Virus record (IMG/VR): IMGVR_UViG_3300021440_000028 | Span: 1-52,405 of that record | Direction: 5' to 3' (one strand) | DNA from: a virus | Taxonomy: Duplodnaviria > Caudoviricetes | DNA length: 52,405 bases | In this document: positions 17,703 through 27,316 of the stretch, piece after piece | How positions within the stretch are numbered: the stretch's first letter is position 1 | Layout of the letters: each line of letters begins with the position of its first letter | Translations under genes and position numbers: made by a program | The notes under the pieces: generated by a model | Told to the model about the DNA's origin: nothing | What the model saw: only the letters and a program-made list of their open reading frames with translations | Database searches by the model: none

Positions 17703-18669
17703 GACGCACCTCCGGCCACTCGTCATGCGTGCGGCCATCCAGCAGGCGGCCGGCGGCCTTCTTGCCGACCCGAACGAACTCGGCGCCGTGTGCAGCGGTC
17801 AAGTCGTATCGGCGCTCTTCAAGGTCGATGCCGCTTGCCTCGGTTGCCGTCACGGTGTCGCCGTCGCGGTCAGCCTCGACCCACTCTCCCCACTGCTTGA
17901 ACAGGAACGGCACGCCGGCGTCGGCGCACTGGTCGCGCAGGCTGCGGGCCCAGTCGGGGTGCATCGGCCGGGCCTTCGGGCCGCTCTCGCCGCCGCAGAT
18001 CACCCAGTGCAGGTGCGGCGCCTCGCGGTCGGCGCGGCGCAGCGCGTTGCCGGTGATGATCGGGTCGAATTCGTGGTGGCCATGCCCGCCACCGACCGGG
18101 ACGCTGGTCAGGTTGATCGGCCCCAGCATCGGCTCCACGCTCAGGAAGCGAACCGCCGCCGGTGTGCGCAGCAGCTTCGGCACGTCGCGGTCGGCCTCGG
18201 CCTGGTTGACCACGGTGGCACCCAGCCAGACGTTGGGCAGCGGCCAGCGCAGCACCTCTGGCATCAGCCGCGCCGCCTCGTCAAGCATCCGATCCACGTT
18301 GCCGATGCGCTTCGTCAGCAGCAGCCAGTCGAGATCCGGCGTGGCTTCGATCAGACGCAACAGGTCGACGCGCCAGCTGGTCGGCACCTCGTTGTCGAAG
18401 ACGTCGGCCAGGCTGGCGCAGAACACCCGGCGCCGGCGGCCGTGCTGGGCCTGGAAGGCTGCCGCCTGGCGCTGCCACTGGGCCGGCAGCTTCCAGTTCG
18501 CGTCGCTGGTGCGGCGCCGCTGCTCGCCCGTGCCCCACACCACGCCCAGCGTGCGCGCTGGCGTGCTGCGGGCCGCGTAGCAGTCGTCGCAGGCCGGGCT
18601 GACGCGCGTGCAGCCGATCCAGGGATTGAAGGTGCTGTCGCACCACTCGATAGCGGTCTGGTCAGCCAT
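17695..18669 (-). CDS. Phage Gp37/Gp68 (DUF5131) family protein
   Basis: IEWCD.TFNPWIGC..VSP.C..CYA, LLTKR, FLS.EP.LG and WVI.GGESG..ARP motifs. Confidence 0.92.
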   Translation of the reverse strand: MADQTAIEWCDSTFNPWIGCTRVSPACDDCYAARSTPARTLGVVWGTGEQRRRTSDANWKLPAQWQRQAAAFQAQHGRRRRVFCASLADVFDNEVPTSWRVDLLRLIEATPDLDWLLLTKRIGNVDRMLDEAARLMPEVLRWPLPNVWLGATVVNQAEADRDVPKLLRTPAAVRFLSVEPMLGPINLTSVPVGGGHGHHEFDPIITGNALRRADREAPHLHWVICGGESGPKARPMHPDWARSLRDQCADAGVPFLFKQWGEWVEADRDGDTVTATEASGIDLEERRYDLTAAHGAEFVRVGKKAAGRLLDGRTHDEWPEVRRG

Positions 18670-18671
18670 GG

Positions 18672-18980
18672 TCAGTGCACCTTCACCAGCTTGGCCGGCT
18701 GCTTCGGCATGGTCTTCAGCACGAACTGGGCGGTGCCCAGCAGGCGATCAAACGCGATGTCGGCACCCTCGGCGTTGGCCATCATCACGCCGGTGACGCT
18801 GGCCAGCTTCATAATCGCGTACAGGATGATGGTGAACAGCGCATCGATGCCGCCCAAGTAGCCGCCGCTGCCAGGGCCGTCCAGCATGCCCTGCTGGTGG
18901 CAAAGGATGGTCACGCCGATGAACAGCGCCAGACTGAAGCCAATCAGCAGCAGCGCGGGCATGGAAATGGTCAGGGTCAC
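18672..18980 (-). CDS. Chimeric membrane protein (TM N-terminus plus duplicated C-terminus)
   Basis: Two hydrophobic segments, then MKLASVTGVMMANAEGAD, shared with 16004-16270. Confidence 0.65.
   Translation of the reverse strand: MTLTISMPALLLIGFSLALFIGVTILCHQQGMLDGPGSGGYLGGIDALFTIILYAIMKLASVTGVMMANAEGADIAFDRLLGTAQFVLKTMPKQPAKLVKVH
18694..18812. repeat. 119-bp imperfect direct repeat, copy 2
   Basis: Aligns without gaps to 16026-16144. Confidence 0.9.
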
Positions 18981-19246
18981 TTGGTCTGTTCCTTGTGTGC
19001 GAGAACGGCGCGGCCTTCATCAGTCAAGTTGAAGCGGTGCCACGGGTACGGTTCGGCGTGGTCTTCCGTCACCAGCCCGAGTCCAAGAAGCTCGGCCAGC
19101 AGCGATTCCAGCCATGCCGTTCCGCGCTCAAACGTGCTGACGCGCGGGTCAGCGGCCAGCACTTGCAGTGCGTTCTGCACGGTGCGCTTGCCCTTCGGCA
19201 ACTCACCCAGCGAACCCGAGAAACTGCACAGAATCACGCGGCTCAC
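18977..19246 (-). CDS. Hypothetical protein, winged-helix-like
   Basis: GTG 19246 after AGGAG; L...GLV....Y.W..F.LT.EG pattern. Confidence 0.6.
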   Translation of the reverse strand: MSRVILCSFSGSLGELPKGKRTVQNALQVLAADPRVSTFERGTAWLESLLAELLGLGLVTEDHAEPYPWHRFNLTDEGRAVLAHKEQTK

Positions 19247-19518
19247 GGCTGCTCCTTGTGTGTGGCGGCATGCGCCGGGGTGCGGCACTCGCACGGCTCG
19301 GATGGGCCGCAGCACCAATTCGGCTGCGGGTCGCCTTGATACCGGGCCACGCGCTCCACGGTGTTGCCACGCTTGATCCAGCGGGCCACGCTGGCGGCTG
19401 TGTCCTTCTTGTTGTCTGCCTCGTCCCATGCGGCTGCAACAACCTTGCCGCACGGGAGGCGGGCAAGGTACATATGCCCGATCAACTTGGGCGGCGCACT
19501 CACCGGACGGTCAGCCAT
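19243..19518 (-). CDS. Hypothetical protein
   Basis: Coupled ORF with RBS. Confidence 0.6.
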   Translation of the reverse strand: MADRPVSAPPKLIGHMYLARLPCGKVVAAAWDEADNKKDTAASVARWIKRGNTVERVARYQGDPQPNWCCGPSEPCECRTPAHAATHKEQP

Positions 19519-19669
19519 TGCGCTTCTCCTTCTGCTCCACAGCGCGCAGCACTATCACCAGCATCAGCAAGAACCACGCGCCGGCTTCGGTGAATCTGTC
19601 AGCGCCAAGGGCGCGCCCAAACATAGGCGATGCCATGATGAAGAGAAAGACCATCAGCGAGTCAGCCAT
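19511..19669 (-). CDS. Small two-TM membrane protein bounded by 20-bp direct repeats
   Basis: ATG 19669 after GGAG; hydrophobic; GTCAGCCATTGCGCTTCTCC at 19510-19529 and 19661-19680. Confidence 0.6.
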   Translation of the reverse strand: MADSLMVFLFIMASPMFGRALGADRFTEAGAWFLLMLVIVLRAVEQKEKRNG

Positions 19670-20540
19670 TGCGCTTCTCCCCATCGGTGCCGGCCTGGAT
19701 GCCGTGGGCGCGCTCGATGGCGCGGGCGAACGCGACGGTAGGACTTGGAAAACCGCCGTGTCCGGTGAGCCAAAGTCGCTCAATCTGCGCATCAGTCAGC
19801 GCCACCCGTGCGGGCGCCCATTCCGTACAGTCCAGCGCGGCAATCCAGCGGTCGTACTTGGCGGCACGTTCTACCTCTTTGCCGAGCGCCAAGAAGGCAC
19901 CCAAGGCGCGCCGCGCCAGTGACAGGTGGCGGTGCATGTAGTCGATCAGGTCGGCGGGCAGCGCCACCCATGCGGGCGCCTCGGTGGCCCCCTGCTGCCG
20001 CTTCCACTCGCACTCGCATGGAATCTCGATTGCGGCCTGCCACGCGCCCCACGCAGAGCACTTCTCGTAGTCGCCGCCACCGGCGCGGATGAACTCGCCA
20101 TGCCGCTTCCACCACGCCTCAAACGCGATGCGGCTGAAGTCGGGGCTATCGGTCGGCTCGGCCTGTGCCGGCTGGGCGGCAGTCAGCCCGGCCACCGATG
20201 CCGTCTGTGCCGTCTCGGGTTCCGTCAGGCCGTTGACCATCAGCGGCTGGGAAGCGGGGGCTGCGGCGAGGGCCCGCAAGAACGCGAAGATCAGCGGATC
20301 GCGGTCGGGGTAGAAGTCTTGCCCGCACTGTGACGACTTGTTGATGATGGAGGCCCACTTGTCCGTCGCCTGCAACTCCCAGCCATCGGGCGCACTACGG
20401 GCGGCAGGGGCGGCCACGGCAGCAGCTATGCGGTCCAGTTGGGCGTGCTGCTGCGCGCGGGTCAGCGGCTCGAAACGGATGCGCGCGATGATGTCGCTGT
20501 AGAGGTCGAACAGCGCGGCGGCGCGCTCGTCGGTGGTCAT
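19662..20540 (-). CDS. Mosaic hypothetical protein (early operon)
   Basis: ATG 20540 after GGAGG; LTDAQI....FARAIE..HGI C-terminal motif. Confidence 0.65.
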   Translation of the reverse strand: MTTDERAAALFDLYSDIIARIRFEPLTRAQQHAQLDRIAAAVAAPAARSAPDGWELQATDKWASIINKSSQCGQDFYPDRDPLIFAFLRALAAAPASQPLMVNGLTEPETAQTASVAGLTAAQPAQAEPTDSPDFSRIAFEAWWKRHGEFIRAGGGDYEKCSAWGAWQAAIEIPCECEWKRQQGATEAPAWVALPADLIDYMHRHLSLARRALGAFLALGKEVERAAKYDRWIAALDCTEWAPARVALTDAQIERLWLTGHGGFPSPTVAFARAIERAHGIQAGTDGEKRNG

Positions 20541-20626
20541 GCTGCCTCCCTGAGCGCCTGGCGCTCGGTGTAGTTCGCCCGCACCAGCTCGTCGGCCAGT
20601 GGCAGCAGAAACTGCGGCGTCAGCAT
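20537..20626 (-). CDS. Small hypothetical peptide
   Basis: 29-aa ORF that overlaps both neighbours. Confidence 0.4.
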   Translation of the reverse strand: MLTPQFLLPLADELVRANYTERQALREAA

Positions 20627-20946
20627 GCGCGCACCCCAGGCAGCCCGCGCTGCATCGGCGCATCGGCCAGCACCTGCAGACCGCCGAAACCGCCCCAGCA
20701 CTGGCCGTAGGCGTTGAAGCAGTGCCGCACCTCGCCGCGCCCGTCGGCATGGCGTAGCGTCACCAGCACGCCGCTGTCGCACGGGCGGATGTCTTCGACC
20801 AGGTGCTCGGTGCGGATCGTCACGGTCTTGACACCGCGGCCCAGGGTGGCGCGCTCGGTCGTCGGGGCAGGCATCACGCGCTCGAAGCACACGCGCTGGC
20901 CAACCTCGATCCGGCCATAGCGGGGGATGCTGCGGGCGATAGTCAT
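20620..20946 (-). CDS. Hypothetical protein
   Basis: ATG 20946; overlaps the upstream stop codon. Confidence 0.6.
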   Translation of the reverse strand: MTIARSIPRYGRIEVGQRVCFERVMPAPTTERATLGRGVKTVTIRTEHLVEDIRPCDSGVLVTLRHADGRGEVRHCFNAYGQCWGGFGGLQVLADAPMQRGLPGVRAC

Positions 20947-21215
20947 GCGTGCCCCGCCCTCTCGTGCTCGGGCGCGGCCTGCTCGAAGGTGCCCAGCACC
21001 GTGCAGCCACCAGCTTCGACCATCGCCGCCATACCGGCGGTCATCAGCGCCTTGAACTGCTCGAACAGCGCGGGCTGCATGTTCAGCAGGCCGGTGCTGA
21101 TGCACCCGATGTGCAGCGCGCCGTCCATGCTGGCGGTCATCGCCACGTAGGCGTTCACCATCTGGCCTTCTTGCCGGATGGCCAGGCGCAGCATCGCTGG
21201 CTGGACGGCGCTCAC
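20943..21215 (-). CDS. Hypothetical protein
   Basis: GTG 21215; RLAIR.EG..VNAY.A and [10 protein letters not shown] motifs. Confidence 0.7.
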   Translation of the reverse strand: MSAVQPAMLRLAIRQEGQMVNAYVAMTASMDGALHIGCISTGLLNMQPALFEQFKALMTAGMAAMVEAGGCTVLGTFEQAAPEHERAGHA

Positions 21216-21748
21216 TTGACCACCGCCTTCTGGGTGAGCTCGAAGTAGCGCGCCAGGAACGCCGCTCGCGCCTTCCGGGGAGGAATCGGCACGATCTGCT
21301 CGTCCAGCGGCTTGTGCCCAGCGATGCATTCCCAGGTGTGCCGGTCGCCCGGCATCAGGTCCCGCTTCTCGGTGGCCAGGAGCACCAGGTCGGCCGCCTT
21401 CACGCTGGCCGGGAGCTTGGCCGGCAGACCGAAACGGCCCAACACTGCAGCCTCGACGCGGTCCTCGATTACCTTGTAGTCGGGCAGCAGCTGCTTCAGC
21501 GGCTTCGACACGTCGCCGATGAAGGCCTCGGCCGCGTCGTGCAACAGGCCGGCCAGGGCATCCTCGTGCGGCACCACCAGCGACACCAGCACGCTGTGCT
21601 GCGCCACGCTGTAGAAGGTGTGGCAGTGCCCGGTGAACCGACAGATGTGCGACAGCGCGTGCGCGACGTCTTCGATCGTGAAGTCGCTGGCGTGCGGCTC
21701 CGTGAAGTCGAAGTAGACGCCGCTCGCGGTGAGGATGTCGGGCTTCAT
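21212..21748 (-). CDS. HD-domain phosphohydrolase (YfbR/YfdR-like 5'-deoxynucleotidase)
   Basis: [34 protein letters not shown] and [12 protein letters not shown] motifs. Confidence 0.9.
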   Translation of the reverse strand: MKPDILTASGVYFDFTEPHASDFTIEDVAHALSHICRFTGHCHTFYSVAQHSVLVSLVVPHEDALAGLLHDAAEAFIGDVSKPLKQLLPDYKVIEDRVEAAVLGRFGLPAKLPASVKAADLVLLATEKRDLMPGDRHTWECIAGHKPLDEQIVPIPPRKARAAFLARYFELTQKAVVK

Positions 21749-22569
21749 TCGACCACCGCCCGCGTCCGCTTGCCGCGCCGGCCGCCGGTGGCCTTCTGGA
21801 TCGCCGCCTTCGCGCCGGCCTCGAACTCAGCCGCGTCGCTGCTGGCATCGGTCTCGCCGCCTTCGCTGTCGGTGCCGCCGACTTCCACCGGCCAGGCCTC
21901 GCCCTGCGGCTGCTCGTCGAACGGCGCGTCGTCGCTGCTGCCGGCGCCCGGGCCGGCGCTGTCGTCGTGGGCTGCGACGGCGTCAATTTCTGCCTGCGAC
22001 GCTTCGGCGGCGAACAGGTCGCCCGCATCCGGGTGGTCAGCCTCGAACGCCGCCTTGCTGCCGTCGATGATCGGCGCACCGCTGGCGATCACCGGCGCCG
22101 TCACGGTGATCATCACCTCCTGGCCCAGCTTGCCGAACAGCGCGCCGGCCTCGTCCTCGCTGATGTCGCTGGTGCCGACACGGAACAGCAGCTCGATGCT
22201 GCCGCCTTCCATCGGCACGACGCGCAGCTTGTCGATCTTCGATCCGCCGAGTTGGATGTCGTCGCCGATGCCGTGCTGGAAGGCCACGGTCCAGCCCTCC
22301 AGCTTGCCGGCGCACTTCACTTCCTCGATGCCGCGCGCTCGCAGCAGCGGCGTGCTGGGCTCGACGCCCGGCAACTGCTCCTGATCGGGCACGGCCATGT
22401 AGAGCGCGTTGCGCAGCTTGCCTCCGTCCAGGGCATCCAGCAGTGTGTTCGGGCCGGTGATCGACAGGCCCAGGCTGATCGCGCTGACCGGCTCGTCGCC
22501 GTGGATCTCGGTGCGCGGCGTGACCGTCTTCAGGGTTGCGGCGGTCGGGGTGAGAAGCTGAAATGGCAT
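21745..22569 (-). CDS. Hypothetical protein with acidic C-terminus
   Basis: 274-aa ORF with RBS; RTE.HGDE.V.A motif. Confidence 0.75.
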   Translation of the reverse strand: MPFQLLTPTAATLKTVTPRTEIHGDEPVSAISLGLSITGPNTLLDALDGGKLRNALYMAVPDQEQLPGVEPSTPLLRARGIEEVKCAGKLEGWTVAFQHGIGDDIQLGGSKIDKLRVVPMEGGSIELLFRVGTSDISEDEAGALFGKLGQEVMITVTAPVIASGAPIIDGSKAAFEADHPDAGDLFAAEASQAEIDAVAAHDDSAGPGAGSSDDAPFDEQPQGEAWPVEVGGTDSEGGETDASSDAAEFEAGAKAAIQKATGGRRGKRTRAVVE

Positions 22570-22596
22570 GTGCGCCTTTCGTGGTGGTGAAGTGGT

Positions 22597-23466
22597 TCAG
22601 TCGTTGCAGTGGTTCAGTGCCGTCTGAGCGTCGGCAGCCAACTGCTGGTCGGGGATCGAGGCGAACAGCGCGTCGTAGCTCCAGCGGCAGTCGCGGAACA
22701 CGCGCCCATCGCAGAAGTACTCCAGGCCGGACAGCACGTCGTTGGCGATGTCCTTGTCCTCGGTGGTCTCGATCTGAAAGGCTTGCAACGCATCGCGCAC
22801 GCGCCACGGGCCTTCGCTCCAGTCGCCACGGGTCTGCTGCATGGCAATGGCCAAGGCCAGCCGCTGATGCTTGCCGGCCAGCGCGTGCAGCACGTCGCGC
22901 CAGGTCGATTCGATGGGCAACTCGTAGCGCAGCAGCATCGCGGCCAGTTCCATGTCGGCGCGGCGCTTCGCCAGTTCGGCATCGCGCTGGCGCTGGGCTG
23001 CTGCGGCCTTCTGCTCGGACTCGGCGGCAGCCCGTGCCGCGTAGGCCTCGTAGTCCTTCTTCAGCCGCTCATAGGTGCTGGTCGCGTGCTCGAAGTTGTC
23101 GGTGATGCGCACCTCGCGCTGCAGGTCGACCAGATAGCCGGCGTCGTGGCTGATCGTCTTCGGGTAGCGCGAACGGGACTTCAGGTCGCGCTCACTCCAG
23201 CGCTTCGGCATGCCGATGGCGTCCATCACCGCCTTGACGTGGTCCTGCACCGCCTTGTTGTTCTCCAGGGCAGGCAGGTTGCGCTGATGCGCCTCCACGT
23301 CTTTCTGGCGGGCCAGCTCCAGCTGCTGCAGCGCATAGGCGGCCACCCGTGCCGGGTTCTCGCTTCCGCTGTAGCTGTTCATGTATCTCGCGTAACTCTG
23401 CGGGCTGGCCATGCACTTGCCGATGTGACTGCACGGCTCGATGGGCTGGATCTTCAGGTCGGTCAT
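22597..23466 (-). CDS. Hypothetical coiled-coil protein
   Basis: 289-aa ORF with phage-like codon usage. Confidence 0.75.
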   Translation of the reverse strand: MTDLKIQPIEPCSHIGKCMASPQSYARYMNSYSGSENPARVAAYALQQLELARQKDVEAHQRNLPALENNKAVQDHVKAVMDAIGMPKRWSERDLKSRSRYPKTISHDAGYLVDLQREVRITDNFEHATSTYERLKKDYEAYAARAAAESEQKAAAAQRQRDAELAKRRADMELAAMLLRYELPIESTWRDVLHALAGKHQRLALAIAMQQTRGDWSEGPWRVRDALQAFQIETTEDKDIANDVLSGLEYFCDGRVFRDCRWSYDALFASIPDQQLAADAQTALNHCND

Positions 23467-23561
23467 GGCTGGGTGTAGAAGAGGGCGCCCCTTGCGGGTG
23501 GCTGGGAATGCTTGGTGGCCAGGGAGTAAAGCCAGCTTGTCCAGCGCGCCGTGGAACTTGT

Positions 23562-23864
23562 TCAGTGCCGGCCCAGCTCGCGCTCGGCCTGCAGCAGCGC
23601 GGCGTCGACCTCGGCATCGGTCGGCCGCTTCATCTCGTCGGGGTGCTCCATCAGCTTCACGACGCTGTGCAGTTCGCGTAGCGCGGCCAGCGCGCGGTTC
23701 AGCGCATCGGTCTGCTGCAGCGCCAGGTGCGCGACGGGGCTGGCCTGCCGGTCGCGGATGCGCTGTCGGGCCTGGCTGTAGGTGATCTGGCCAGCGCGCT
23801 GCAGGGCGTCGGCTTCGATGGTCGCGGCCAGGCGGACGGCCTCGTCTTCGGTGGCGGCGGTCAC
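23562..23864 (-). CDS. Hypothetical protein
   Basis: GTG 23864 overlaps the upstream stop codon. Confidence 0.55.
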   Translation of the reverse strand: MTAATEDEAVRLAATIEADALQRAGQITYSQARQRIRDRQASPVAHLALQQTDALNRALAALRELHSVVKLMEHPDEMKRPTDAEVDAALLQAERELGRH

Positions 23865-24115
23865 AGCGGCGCGTCCATCTCGTTGCCGCCCTGCGTGGAT
23901 TCCGTCCGGCGCCGCCGCTCGGCGTCCCACTGCTCCCGCGTCTGCATGCGGTAGCCGTTGCCGACTCGGCCCGGCGGGATCGTCAGCAATGCCACCTGGC
24001 CGAGCATCTCGTCCCACCCCAGGCCGTTGCAGCGACGGCCTTCGCCGTCCACGACATCGAAGCCGCAGGCGTGCTCGTCGCCGGGCTCGGGTATCTCGAT
24101 CGTCAGTGTCTTCAT
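23861..24115 (-). CDS. Hypothetical protein
   Basis: ATG 24115; L.WDEMLGQV motif. Confidence 0.65.
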   Translation of the reverse strand: MKTLTIEIPEPGDEHACGFDVVDGEGRRCNGLGWDEMLGQVALLTIPPGRVGNGYRMQTREQWDAERRRRTESTQGGNEMDAPL

Positions 24116-24552
24116 GCTTCGTCTCGCTCGTTGAAGACCACGCCCCATTCGCTGGCGGCGTGGCCCTGGATGGCCAGCAGGTAGTCGCTGAACTCGTCGT
24201 CGTCCAGATCGGACGTCGACATGCGCAGCGAGCGCGTGCCGTCCGCGTGATAGGTCCACTTCTCCACCCCGCTGGCGCAGCGCTGGGGCAAGTGCTCACG
24301 CTTCAGGTACTCGTGGAAGGTCTCGGCGCTGAACCACTGGCCACCAATGCACAGCTGGCGGGCGATCTGGTCCAGTACGCCGGCCCACATGAAGGCGTTC
24401 AGCTCGATTCGCCGGCTGGCGCGCTTCTCGGCCACCATCACCCGCAGCGGCGTGCCGCGACTGGCCAGGGGCCCGGCCAGCGGGCGCACTAGGTCGACCA
24501 GCCGGCGCCAGTCGGCCGGGCTGCGCAGGGTGATGGCGGCCAGGACCGGCAT
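24112..24552 (-). CDS. NinB/Orf family recombination mediator
   Basis: R...LNA.MW...L.QIA.Q, H.Y.KR.HL and STS.L...EFS.YL motifs. Confidence 0.8.
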   Translation of the reverse strand: MPVLAAITLRSPADWRRLVDLVRPLAGPLASRGTPLRVMVAEKRASRRIELNAFMWAGVLDQIARQLCIGGQWFSAETFHEYLKREHLPQRCASGVEKWTYHADGTRSLRMSTSDLDDDEFSDYLLAIQGHAASEWGVVFNERDEA

Positions 24553-26372
24553 CAGGCCGCCCGCTGCTGCCCGTACAGCTCAGCCATCGCGCTGATGTGC
24601 GACTGCAGCTGCTGGCAGATCACCGGCCACTGGCTCTCGCGGTACAGCACGGCGCGGCCGGCGCTGTCGGCGGCGCGGATGTGCAGCACGTCGGCCAGGA
24701 AGGCGGCGTTGACGGTGAAGCCCAGGCGCTCGCAGATCGTGCCGAGCTTCAACGTGGCGGGCTCGTTGGCGGCCGGCGTCTCCAGCCTGCGCAGCGTCGG
24801 GTGTGCAGCGGCGAAGCGGGCGGCGCCCTGCGCCTCGTTCACCGCCTGAGCGGCCGGCGACAGCTCGCGGCCTTCGGGCGACTGCTGCGCGGCCTGCAGT
24901 TCCTCGGCTGCGATGCGCAGCCGATCCGCCTCGGCCGCCTCGCGCTCGCGCCGGGCCAGCGTCTCCTGCTCGGCACGCAGTCGGGCTTCGGCTTCGGCTG
25001 CTGCGCGCCGCTCGGCCTCGGCGATGCGCCGGGCTTCGGCCGCCTGGCGCGCCGCCTCCTTCGCCGCCTCGGCTTCCCGATGCTGCGCGATGCGCGACCG
25101 CACGACAGCAGCGAAGTCGTCGGCCGCCTTGTGCACCAGCTGATGCAGGTCGGCGAACAGGAAGCCGAAGTCGTCGGCCAGGGCCAGCGATTCGAAGGCA
25201 GCTACGTTCGCCCGGATGCCGCGGGCCTGCGCGTCCGCGTCGATCTTCGCCCGGGCCAGCGTCGTGTCCAGCGCGTCCTGCATGCTGGCGATGGACCGCA
25301 GGCCCTTGATGCAGCCGGCGAAGTCGGCCGCCACCGGCTGCAGGCGCATCGGCGCCAGCTCGGCCTGCAGGGCGGCGATGTGCTTGTCCAGCGCGGCACG
25401 GGCGGCGGTCACGGCCTGCTCGCGGACCTCGTCCTTCCGGCGCTTCACCAGCTTGTCGACGTCCAGGCGCACCGTGCGCGCCTCGGCGGCGATCTCGTCC
25501 AGGGCACGGAACAGCGCGTCGATGTCGGCCGTCTGGCTGAGGGCGTGTTCTTTCGCCGCCTTCAGCCGGGTCTCCACGTCGGCGCACCACTTCACGGCCT
25601 TCTCGGCGTCGGCGAAGTCCTGGTCGGTGCGCAGCTCGCGATTGACCGAACGGATGGCACCCAGCGCGGTCGCCTTGAACTCGGCGAGGTTCGACGCGGT
25701 GACGGCGCCGGTCACCTCGATGCGCAGCGCAGGCAGGCTGTCCGGGGCCTTGCCGGTGGGCGCGGCTGGCGCGGCGGCCGGCGGCACGTAGGCGGCCAGG
25801 TCGGCGGCGAACTGCTGCCAGCCGGCCATGATGTCCAGGCGCAGATCGGCGTCCGGCGTGTACCAGCAGTGGCGCGAGTCAATCAGCGCGCCGTCGTCAG
25901 CCCACTTCGTCGCCATGAACAGCACGCGCTCGGCGCCCGACACCATGCACTGGTGCTCCATCTGCACCCGGTAGTGCAGCGGCAGGTCTGCGCCGGTCAT
26001 GTCGCCGCGCATCAGGTCGGCCAGCTCGGCGTTCAAGGTCTTGTGCTCGAACGCCGTCTCGCCGCCCAAAGTCAGTCCGTCGAAGCTGGCGCTGTACTGG
26101 CCCTCGACTCCGACGCACGGATAAAGGTCGTCCTGAACGATGTCCTCGGCCAGCGGCCGGGCCAGCGCCTCGAAGCGGTGGCCGGCGTCGAAGATGCGCT
26201 GCGTGCTGGCGTCGACCTCGGCGGCCAGGCCGGTGTGCACCTCGCGCAGCAGCTGGGCCCGCGTCTTGTAGGGGCTGCAGCCCATCATGGCCGGCGCGTC
26301 GCTGGCGTTGAAGTGCTGGGCGCGGTGGGCGTGCCAGGCGGCGCTGCCCTGGATCAGTTCGACGGTCTTCAT
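24552..26372 (-). CDS. YqaJ/lambda-exonuclease family recombination nuclease
   Basis: QGS..W..HR...ASDAP, ASFDG, EHK and Q..HQ..V.GAE motifs; long coiled-coil C-terminus. Confidence 0.9.
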   Translation of the reverse strand: MKTVELIQGSAAWHAHRAQHFNASDAPAMMGCSPYKTRAQLLREVHTGLAAEVDASTQRIFDAGHRFEALARPLAEDIVQDDLYPCVGVEGQYSASFDGLTLGGETAFEHKTLNAELADLMRGDMTGADLPLHYRVQMEHQCMVSGAERVLFMATKWADDGALIDSRHCWYTPDADLRLDIMAGWQQFAADLAAYVPPAAAPAAPTGKAPDSLPALRIEVTGAVTASNLAEFKATALGAIRSVNRELRTDQDFADAEKAVKWCADVETRLKAAKEHALSQTADIDALFRALDEIAAEARTVRLDVDKLVKRRKDEVREQAVTAARAALDKHIAALQAELAPMRLQPVAADFAGCIKGLRSIASMQDALDTTLARAKIDADAQARGIRANVAAFESLALADDFGFLFADLHQLVHKAADDFAAVVRSRIAQHREAEAAKEAARQAAEARRIAEAERRAAAEAEARLRAEQETLARREREAAEADRLRIAAEELQAAQQSPEGRELSPAAQAVNEAQGAARFAAAHPTLRRLETPAANEPATLKLGTICERLGFTVNAAFLADVLHIRAADSAGRAVLYRESQWPVICQQLQSHISAMAELYGQQRAA

Positions 26373-27172
26373 TGGGCGCCCCCTTCGGCAGAGTCATAGG
26401 CGGCGGCGAAGTCGTCGGTGTCGGCATCGCCGGTCGTGGCCTGCTCGGCGGCCGGTGCCGGCGCGGCGCCCAGCGACAGCACCTGCGCACGCTGCTGCTC
26501 GGTGAAGCTGGCCTTGCTGCTCAGCATCGCCATCAGGTCCTGCGCGGTCTTGCGGCCCGACTCGATCAGGTCGCGCCACTTCGGCAGGTTCGCGGTGAAC
26601 GCCTCGGGCGGGTAGGGCGGCAGTTCCGACTGCACAACGTCAGCCGCGCCCATGTGCTTGACCTGCGGAGCGGCCGGTGCCGGCGCAGCGGCCGGCGTGT
26701 CCATCGCCTCTTCCGCCACCAGCATCCCGCCGATGGCTGCCGGATAGACGGCGCGCACACCCTCGGCGATGCACCGGGCGCGCAGCATCGCCCGCGGGTA
26801 TTTCTTCCAGTTGTCCTTCCCGGTCAGATCGGCCTTCTTGGCCTGCTCAAAAGTCCAGACCATGCGCAGCGCACCGCCAGCCGGATGGGCGAATGTGGCG
26901 TCGGCCTTCGCGTCGTTCAGCTCGTGCCATTCGACCTTGCCGCCGGCCTGCTGGAAGCGCGCCAGCACGCTGTGCGTCTTGCGGGTGGCCTTGCCCTGGA
27001 TGACGTCGTAGTCCTGCGCGATGGTGGCCGGGTGCTGGCCCTCGGCCTGCGCGACCAGCATCAGGGCCATGGCCTGCACCGGGTTCTTCATGCCGAACAG
27101 ACCGGACCCGGCCATCGCGTCGGCCATGATCTGGATGTCGTGCAGCGGCACGACTGCGAGTTGGTTGCTCAT
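26369..27172 (-). CDS. Single-strand annealing protein (RecT/Redbeta-like)
   Basis: DVIQGK and KDNWKKYPRAML.ARC..EG.R..P motifs; paired with the exonuclease. Confidence 0.75.
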   Translation of the reverse strand: MSNQLAVVPLHDIQIMADAMAGSGLFGMKNPVQAMALMLVAQAEGQHPATIAQDYDVIQGKATRKTHSVLARFQQAGGKVEWHELNDAKADATFAHPAGGALRMVWTFEQAKKADLTGKDNWKKYPRAMLRARCIAEGVRAVYPAAIGGMLVAEEAMDTPAAAPAPAAPQVKHMGAADVVQSELPPYPPEAFTANLPKWRDLIESGRKTAQDLMAMLSSKASFTEQQRAQVLSLGAAPAPAAEQATTGDADTDDFAAAYDSAEGGAQ

Positions 27173-27316
27173 GCTCTTTCCCTTGGTGGTGGTGAAGGTC
27201 CCGGGCCTCCGGTGCGGCCGGCCTATCGGTGCTGCAGGTGCTCTCTACCGTCGAACTTCCCCAGGGGGATCAGTAGCCCGCACACCTCACGCGCTTGCGC
27301 GCCCGGGGTTGATGGA

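Noticed and set aside
16026-18812. Diversity-generating retroelement TR/VR pair
   Set aside because: There is no reverse transcriptase, mismatches are not adenine-specific, and both copies are coding.
22581-27198. Shared CTTCACCACCAC upstream of two minus-strand RBSs (about 22581-22592 and 27187-27198)
   Set aside because: Only two short low-complexity copies, too weak to call a regulatory site.
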